This document shows, one piece after another, positions 55,870 through 64,000 of a stretch of 64,000 bases of DNA. The notes under the pieces were generated by a model. The model was not told the origin of the DNA. It ran no database searches and was given only the letters and a program-made list of their open reading frames with translations. A program made the translations under genes and the position numbers. The DNA is from Eledone cirrhosa (taxonomy: Eukaryota): contig OZ024746.1 in NCBI GenBank assembly GCA_964016885.1, forward strand, positions 83,204,001 to 83,268,000. Reading direction: 5' to 3'. Numbering within the stretch: the stretch's first letter is position 1; every line of letters starts with the position of its first letter.

Positions 55870-56951
55870 TATATATATGTATATATACATATGTGTACGT
55901 ATAGGGGTATACGTATGTATGTCTACGTATGTATGCATGTGTGTATATGATTGTATAGATAGATATAGAGAGTGAGAGAGGAGAACGAGACTAATTTTGC
56001 CTTCCTATATTCTCGTTGAGATTCTGTCTGTCCACAACCTCTAACAATCATAATCGATCGCTGGCTTTATTTATTAGCTCCACTTCACCTCTGCACATGA
56101 TGCTAACAAGCATCTTTCGATCATTCAACTAGAGTGACCTTATTTAGTCCAGCTGACCCTGTCATTAGTCATTTCACTTGCACCCAGCCCACCATCATTA
56201 ATTGTCGCCACTTGTATTGAGATGGCTTTCTTAATAATCTCAATGAGGATTTACTGTTCATATATTACTATGTACGATAATAAAACCATAATGTAGATAT
56301 TTGTCTAAGGAGAATGGGGAGACAGGCAATGTGAGATGAGGAAAGAAAATGTTAACTCCCTTTGTGAATTGCCAAGTACAGATTTCGGTGTCAATCGGTT
56401 GATTTCCCCAGTAAAAGTATGGACTTTGCGTGCCTAGGCATAAGGCCAAATTTTGTAGTTGACTTAACCGAACCACAACTCCACCAATATAATAGATAAA
56501 TATCTATTAATATCAGGAGCTCTATCGAGTACCATTAAGAAAGAAATAAGCTTCCAGATTTAGATTCAATATCGCGGTTTCAATACCCTGTCGAAGAAGA
56601 CATTACACTTTGCTCTGTAGCATTGGTTTCCAACATAGACTCAAGGCTTCAAATTAGATGGGTAGAGGGCATAATCGACTATGATAGATGTCGATTTTTA
56701 ACTGGTACTTATTTTATCGACTTTAAAAGACGAAAGGTACGTAACTAAATAGCGCAAAAATGTTTGTCCAACACTCTACCAACTCTACAAATCTTCTTTG
56801 CAGTATCAATCCCCTCTAAGAAAGGCATGAACCTTATATTTTCCCGTTTTCTCTTACCTTAAGACATAGAGGTTTCTACTTGGTGTAGACCAAGCCATTA
56901 ATCCCATGCACTGCACTAGTGTGCAGTATCCTTATTCATTTGTTTGATCTT

Positions 56952-57042
56952 CCGAATAGATAGTGCGAGCCCGAATAGATAGTGCGAGCCCGATAGATAG
57001 TGCGAGCCCGAATAGATAGTGCGAGCCCGAATAGATAGTGCG
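56952..57042. repeat. 19-bp minisatellite x~5
   Basis: Unit CCGAATAGATAGTGCGAGC. Confidence 0.9.
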
Positions 57043-58259
57043 TGGCATTCCACATGACGCTCAAGCAATTCCGCCAACCCACTGCCCTGGACAGGTACTT
57101 TATTGGTACTGATTGAAGGTAAACCTGACCTCGGAGGTATATGAACTGAGAGTCCAGGGAGCCCTAATAAATATCGCATGGCATTTAATCTAACACTCTA
57201 GTGGGGTGGTTCCCAAGCGTTTTTTTTTTCTTTTTTACTGACGACGCATTTTTGAGAAAGTAAACATTTTCTGGCGTACTTGGAACCCAAAATTTAAAAA
57301 TTTATTCAAAAGTGTTTTTCATACATATTAACATACCATTTTTTTTATATGGATTTATTCATGATGAAACGAGTATGTGGTGAACCCAGCACTTCGTCGA
57401 GTAAATAAGCGAGGCCTAGACTCTTTACAATGTAATATAGATTCTTATGAAATTTAATAACACATCTAACATAATTAGCCAAAATAAACTAAACGCACAA
57501 ACGAATTTCAGTGTGTATTTTTCACATTTTAAAATTTAATCTTTTGGAACACAGTCCATTACCTTCAGAGAGAGAGAGAGAGAGCGAGAGCGAGAGCGAG
57601 AGGGAGAGAGAGAGAAGAAGAAGAAGAAGAAGAAGAAGAAGAAGAAGAAGAAGAAGAAGAAGAAGAAGAATCGACAACAATACTGAATCTGTACTTTATT
57701 TATCTATCTAAAAAGCATGAAATGCAAAGTTGATCTCGGTAGGATCTGAACTCAGGGCACAGTGAGCCGGAAAAATACAGTCATACGCCATAATGACTCT
57801 GCCAATTCGTTGATGCACGCATCAAACTAGACACTATTAATTCAAACACAGTATTTTACAAAAAAACAAAGTTCGATTCAAAAACCCAGGCTGCAGAGTA
57901 AGTATCGTGAAATATGTGTAAGCTGTTCAGAACTATTTCACTTTATTTATGCTGCTAGCGCCCGTCAAGAAACTCTCTTCATGAATTACATTCTCTTCCA
58001 ACTGAGTCTGTGTCGGGTTAGGAAATCGAACGCCGTACAACAGGCAGTGATTTCTCAAGAGCTGAGACTACAATGAAAGTTTCAACTATGCAACGAGGAG
58101 GTCTTCTTCGTCTACGAAAATTAGTCGAATAATTTTCCATTAAACAACTCTCTGTCTTTAAAAACATTTTTTTTTTTTTTAAATTATGCATTAAAAAATT
58201 TCAATCATAAAAAAAATATACCAGGCAAAACAATTATACTGGAACGCCGCTGAAAAAAA

Positions 58260-58465
58260 AATTGTTTCTACTTTAGGCCAGCAATTTGGGGTGAAGTCGA
58301 TTAAATCAACTCCAGTGCATTACTGGTACTTTATTTTATCGACCCCATAAGGACGAAAGGCAAAGCTAACCTCAGCAGGATTTGAACTCAGAAAATAAAG
58401 GGCCGTAACTCTATGCGGCAAAGCATATTGTCCGATGCTCTACCGATTCTGCCAATCCACCGCCA
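58260..58465 (-). mobile_element. SINE family A (longer-tail variant)
   Basis: Reverse head GGCGGTGGATTGGCAG, core and tail. Confidence 0.82.
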
Positions 58466-59244
58466 CCGAAAAAAAGATAATGATGTAAAAAGTCGATTCT
58501 TAGTTTGAAATCAAGTATTTTTCGCTTTAGAGAAAGGCATTAATGTTATACTGTACAATTTCATTTTCTTTCCATTTATAAATTTAATGTCTTCGCTTCC
58601 TCTATGTAAGAAAACAAGTAAAAGCCGAAAATTGATGTCGCCGCAAATTTCAATAGAAAAGAACACATTAGCTGTAATGAATGAGTGAAATTTTATATGA
58701 AATCAATTAAATCCGGTTATTTTACAGTCGAGCACCTCGTTTGATTAGAGTTCGTTAGAAGCAATTAACATAGAGCTTCGCCCAACTTTGTCCAAACGGA
58801 GTTTCTTCTGATGAGTGCCAGAGGTTAAGAAAACAATTACTTGAGTTACTTCATTTATATAATTTGGCTCAATATTGCCTTGATTCGCTTTCCAAAGAAG
58901 AACTGTTTAACTGTTTAGCGCGTTTACGTCTAACTTTGCCAAATTAAGGTTGAAGATCTCCACTAACGCTGTCACCAATTCGACAATACCACCACCCTTA
59001 TCTATCATACTATACACACCAACGCCACGACCATCTATTAGCCAACGGTGAAGCCACTTTGTCGGTGATCAACCTGCTAGAAATAGCAGTCAAATCACCT
59101 TCATATCACACCTTACTGTCTTAAAAACGTTGCGCATGCGTTGGATAAGCTGGTCCGGAATACACTATGCTTTAATATAATAAAAAAGTGGGATGGTTAT
59201 GGCTGGAATGTCTTCTATCCATTTATATTTATATATATGCTGCA

Positions 59245-59291
<47 letters not shown>

Positions 59292-59325
59292 ATCATATAT
59301 ATATGTATATATATATATATATATA

Positions 59326-59648
59326 AAGAGCCCCTTCATTTCCAAATAACTGGGTTTTGAACCTAGAAAATTCCCCTCAGAGACACAAGCTCGAACAAGG
59401 TGTTTTTGTGGAAGACCAGCAGTCGCCCATGCATGGCAGTCTCCCCTTTTCACGCCACCGACATTGTCCAAGGGAGAAGCAAAGGCCAATACAGTTTGGC
59501 ACCAGGGACAACGCAACTCATTTCTACAGTTGAGTGAACTGAAGCAACGTGAAATAAAGTGTCTTGCTCAAGGACACAACACATCGCCCGGTCAGGGAAT
59601 CGCACTCAAAACTTCATGATTGTGAATCGAACTTTCTAACCACGGAGC

Positions 59649-59655
<7 letters not shown>
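59326..59655 (-). mobile_element. tRNA-derived SINE family C
   Basis: Reverse complement GCGTGGCTCCGTGGTTAG A box, degenerate B box, GTGTCCTTGAGCAAGACACTTTATTTCACG core. Confidence 0.75.
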
Positions 59656-59736
<81 letters not shown>

Positions 59737-59740
59737 GCAG

Positions 59741-59773
<33 letters not shown>

Positions 59774-59827
59774 AATACCGTTGTTATAATAAAAGCAGAA
59801 TACATTTTCCTAGTCGTCACATAAAAC

Positions 59828-62669
59828 TGTGTACATGTTATGACTTTATTGTTTTGTCACAGCCCTTTGTGTACATGTTATGACTTTATTGTTTTGTCAC
59901 ATCCCTTTGTGTACATGTTATGACTTTATTGTTTTGTCACAGCCCTTTGTGTACATGTTATGACTTTATTGTTTTGTCACATCCCTTTGTGTACATGTTA
60001 TGACTTTATTGTTTTGTCACAGCCCTTTGTGTACATGTTATGACTTTATTGTTTTGTCACAGCCCTTTGTGTACATGTTATGACTTTATTGTTTTGTCAC
60101 ATCCCTTTGTGTACATGTTATGACTTTATTGTTTTGTCACATCCCTTTGTGTACATGTTATGACTTTATTGTTTTGTCACATCCCTTTGTGTACATGTTA
60201 TGACTTTATTGTTTTGTCACAGCCCTTTGTGTACATGTTATGACTTTATTGTTTTGTCACATCCCTTTGTGTACATGTTATGACTTTATTGTTTTGTCAC
60301 AGTCCTTTGTGTACATGTTATGACTTTATTGTTTTGTCACATCCCTTTGTGTACATGTTATGACTTTATTGTTTTGTCACAGCCCTTTGTGTACATGTTA
60401 TGACTTTATTGTTTTGTCACAGCCCTTTGTGTACATGTTATGACTTTATTGTTTTGTCACAGCCCTTTGTGTACATGTTATGACTTTATTGTTTTGTCAC
60501 ATCCCTTTGTGTACATGTTATGACTTTATTGTTTTGTCACATCCCTTTGTGTACATGTTATGACTTTATTGTTTTGTCACAGCCCTTTGTGTACATGTTA
60601 TGACTTTATTGTTTTGTCACATCCCTTTGTGTACATGTTATGACTTTATTGTTTTGTCACAGCCCTTTGTGTACATGTTATGACTTTATTGTTTTGTCAC
60701 ATCCCTTTGTGTACATGTTATGACTTTATTGTTTTGTCACAGCCCTTTGTGTACATGTTATGACTTTATTGTTTTGTCACATCCCTTTGTGTACATGTTA
60801 TGACTTTATTGTTTTGTCACATCCCTTTGTGTACATGTTATGACTTTTTTGTTTTGTCACAGCCCTTTGTGTACATGTTATGACTTTATTGTTTTGTCAC
60901 ATCCCTTTGTGTACATGTTATGACTTTATTGTTTTGTCACAGCCCTTTGTGTACATGTTATGACTTTATTGTTTTGTCACAGCCCTTTGTGTACATGTTA
61001 TGACTTTATTGTTTTGTCACATCCCTTTGTGTACATGTTATGACTTTATTGTTTTGTCACAGCCCTTTGTGTACATGTTATGACTTTATTGTTTTGTCAC
61101 ATCCCTTTGTGTACATGTTATGACTTTATTGTTTTGTCACATCCCTTTGTGTACATGTTATGACTTTATTGTTTTGTCACAGCCCTTTGTGTACATGTTA
61201 TGACTTTATTGTTTTGTCACATCCCTTTGTGTACATGTTATGACTTTATTGTTTTGTCACAGCCCTTTGTGTACATGTTATGACTTTATTGTTTTGTCAC
61301 AGCCCTTTGTGTACATGTTATGACTTTATTGTTTTGTCACAGCCCTTTGTGTACATGTTATGACTTTATTGTTTTGTCACAGCCCTTTGTGTACATGTTA
61401 TGACTTTATTGTTTTGTCACAGCCCTTTGTGTACATGTTATGACTTTATTGTTTTGTCACAGCCCTTTGTGTACATGTTATGACTTTATTGTTTTGTCAC
61501 AGCCCTTTGTGTACATGTTATGACTTTATTGTTTTGTCACATCCCTTTGTGTACATGTTATGACTTTATTGTTTTGTCACAGCCCTTTGTGTACATGTTA
61601 TGACTTTATTGTTTTGTCACAGCCCTTTGTGTACATGTTATGACTTTATTGTTTTGTCACATCCCTTTGTGTACATGTTATGACTTTATTGTTTTGTCAC
61701 AGCCCTTTGTGTACATGTTATGACTTTATTGTTTTGTCACAGCCCTTTGTGTACATGTTATGACTTTATTGTTTTGTCACAGCCCTTTGTGTACATGTTA
61801 TGACTTTATTGTTTTGTCACATCCCTTTGTGTACATGTTATGACTTTATTGTTTTGTCACAGCCCTTTGTGTACATGTTATGACTTTATTGTTTTGTCAC
61901 ATCCCTTTGTGTACATGTTATGACTTTATTGTTTTGTCACATCCCTTTGTGTACATGTTATGACTTTATTGTTTTGTCACATCCCTTTGTGTACATGTTA
62001 TGACTTTATTGTTTTGTCACATCCCTTTGTGTACATGTTATGACTTTATTGTTTTGTCACATCCCTTTGTGTACATGTTATGACTTTATTGTTTTGTCAC
62101 ATCCCTTTGTGTACATGTTATGACTTTATTGTTTTGTCACATCCCTTTGTGTACATGTTATGACTTTATTGTTTTGTCACATCCCTTTGTGTACATGTTA
62201 TGACTTTATTGTTTTGTCACATCCCTTTGTGTACATGTTATGACTTTATTGTTTTGTCACATCCCTTTGTGTACATGTTATGACTTTATTGTTTTGTCAC
62301 ATCCCTTTGTGTACATGTTATGACTTTATTGTTTTGTCACATCCCTTTGTGTACATGTTATGACTTTATTGTTTTGTCACATCCCTTTGTGTACATGTTA
62401 TGACTTTATTGTTTTGTCACATCCCTTTGTGTACATGTTATGACTTTATTGTTTTGTCACATCCCTTTGTGTACATGTTATGACTTTATTGTTTTGTCAC
62501 ATCCCTTTGTGTACATGTTATGACTTTATTGTTTTGTCACATCCCTTTGTGTACATGTTATGACTTTATTGTTTTGTCACATCCCTTTGTGTACATGTTA
62601 TGACTTTATTGTTTTGTCACAGCCCTTTGTGTACATGTTATGACTTTATTGTTTTGTCACAGCCCTTTG
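59828..62669. repeat. 40-bp tandem satellite, ~71 copies, two alleles
   Basis: Unit TGTGTACATGTTATGACTTTATTGTTTTGTCACA(G/T)CCCTT. Confidence 0.98.
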
Positions 62670-62995
62670 GCCAGATGGTGTGACCCCTGGTGGACCAGCA
62701 GTACCATCGGTAGGGGTTGAAACTACCAGAAGTTCATATATTCATGGTTTCCCCTTCAAAAAAATGTTATATATATATATATAGCTTAGAGTTTACACTC
62801 AATGGGGTCCTTTACAATCATTTCGTCTCTAAGAATCGCTTCTGAGCAGAATAAATTAATATTTGATGAACATTTACATGTTTTAGTTGCAATTGACTAA
62901 TAAAATCGCTAGAATGAAATATCTTAATTCCACAACATAAAGTTTGCCTGTACGATCTAAAAAATAATAAATCAATACTCACAGACTCATATGGG

Positions 62996-63162
<167 letters not shown>

Positions 63163-63338
63163 AAAATTGCGAGCTGTGTGGTTGCAATTAAGTATAATGA
63201 AAATAAAAGTTACGGGCGAAAGAGGTCTATATCCAACGTCAGTTGTCTGCTAGGAATCATCGCGAAGAAATACCTATGATTCCTAGCAGACAACTGACGA
63301 TGGATATTGCCCTCTTTCGCCCGTAACTTTATTTTCAT

Positions 63339-63382
<44 letters not shown>

Positions 63383-63572
63383 TAAAATTTGGGGGAATCC
63401 ACCCATTATATTTATATATATATAATTCCATCCGAATAAAACAGTTCAGGTCATTTCTATATATAAATAAGATGCCTATACACTACTAACATATTGAGTA
63501 CCTTTTTTTACTGTGGTCACTTCCTGATAAACACTGGGAATCCACCCATTATATATATATATATATATATGT

Positions 63573-64000
63573 GGCTGGAAGGATGGCTAGTTTGCTGGTT
63601 GGCTAAATAGGATCGTTGGATTGCTGGTTTAATGGCTGGATGGCTAGTTTGCTGGTTGGCTAAATAGGATGGTTGGATTGCTGGTTTAATGGCTGGATGG
63701 CTAGTTTGCTGGTTGGCTAAATAGGATGGGTGGATTGCTGGTTTAATGGCTGGCTGGCTAGTTTGCTGGTTGGCTAAATAGGATGGGTGGATTGCTGGTT
63801 TAATGGCTGGATGGCTAGTTTGCTGGTTGGCTAAATAGGATGGTTGGATTGCTGGTTTAATGGCTGGATGGCTAGTTTGCTGGTTGGCTAAATAGGGTGG
63901 TTGGATTGCTGGTTTAATGGCTGGATGGCTAGTTTACTGGTTAGCTAAATAGGATCGTTGGATTGCTGGTTTAATGGCTGGATGGCTAGTTTACTGGTTG
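63573..64000. repeat. 57-bp minisatellite (>=7 copies, runs off the window end)
   Basis: Unit GGCTGGATGGCTAGTTTGCTGGTTGGCTAAATAGGATGGTTGGATTGCTGGTTTAAT. Confidence 0.95.

Noticed and set aside
59828-62669. CRISPR-like appearance of the 40-bp repeat
   Set aside because: Units are contiguous with no unique spacers, no cas genes, eukaryotic context

Overview
AT-rich, microsatellite-saturated eukaryotic DNA. The SINE families and (TA)n/(CA)n density suggest an octopus/cephalopod genome (inference). No convincing protein-coding gene is present; nearly all listed ORFs are microsatellite translations. The main structure is a large tRNA-Pro locus with 37 recognisable TGG/CGG/AGG genes and pseudogenes plus many older relics. 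It has an irregular left cluster (2.4-7.6 kb) and an oppositely oriented tandem array (18.0-33.5 kb) of 14 monomers, each a divergent pair of TGG(-) and AGG/CGG(+) genes. The array core is a near-perfect 2047-bp higher-order repeat (912+1135 bp), and the right boundary is an inversion junction inside a tRNA gene. Also present: a tRNA-derived SINE family that inserts at ATTAT targets (twice independently into the same site of a MITE), other SINEs, foldback palindromes, a templated inverted insertion, a SINE A-box-derived 29-bp minisatellite, a two-variant 40-bp satellite (~71 copies), a 57-bp minisatellite and a degenerate TTAGGG tract.
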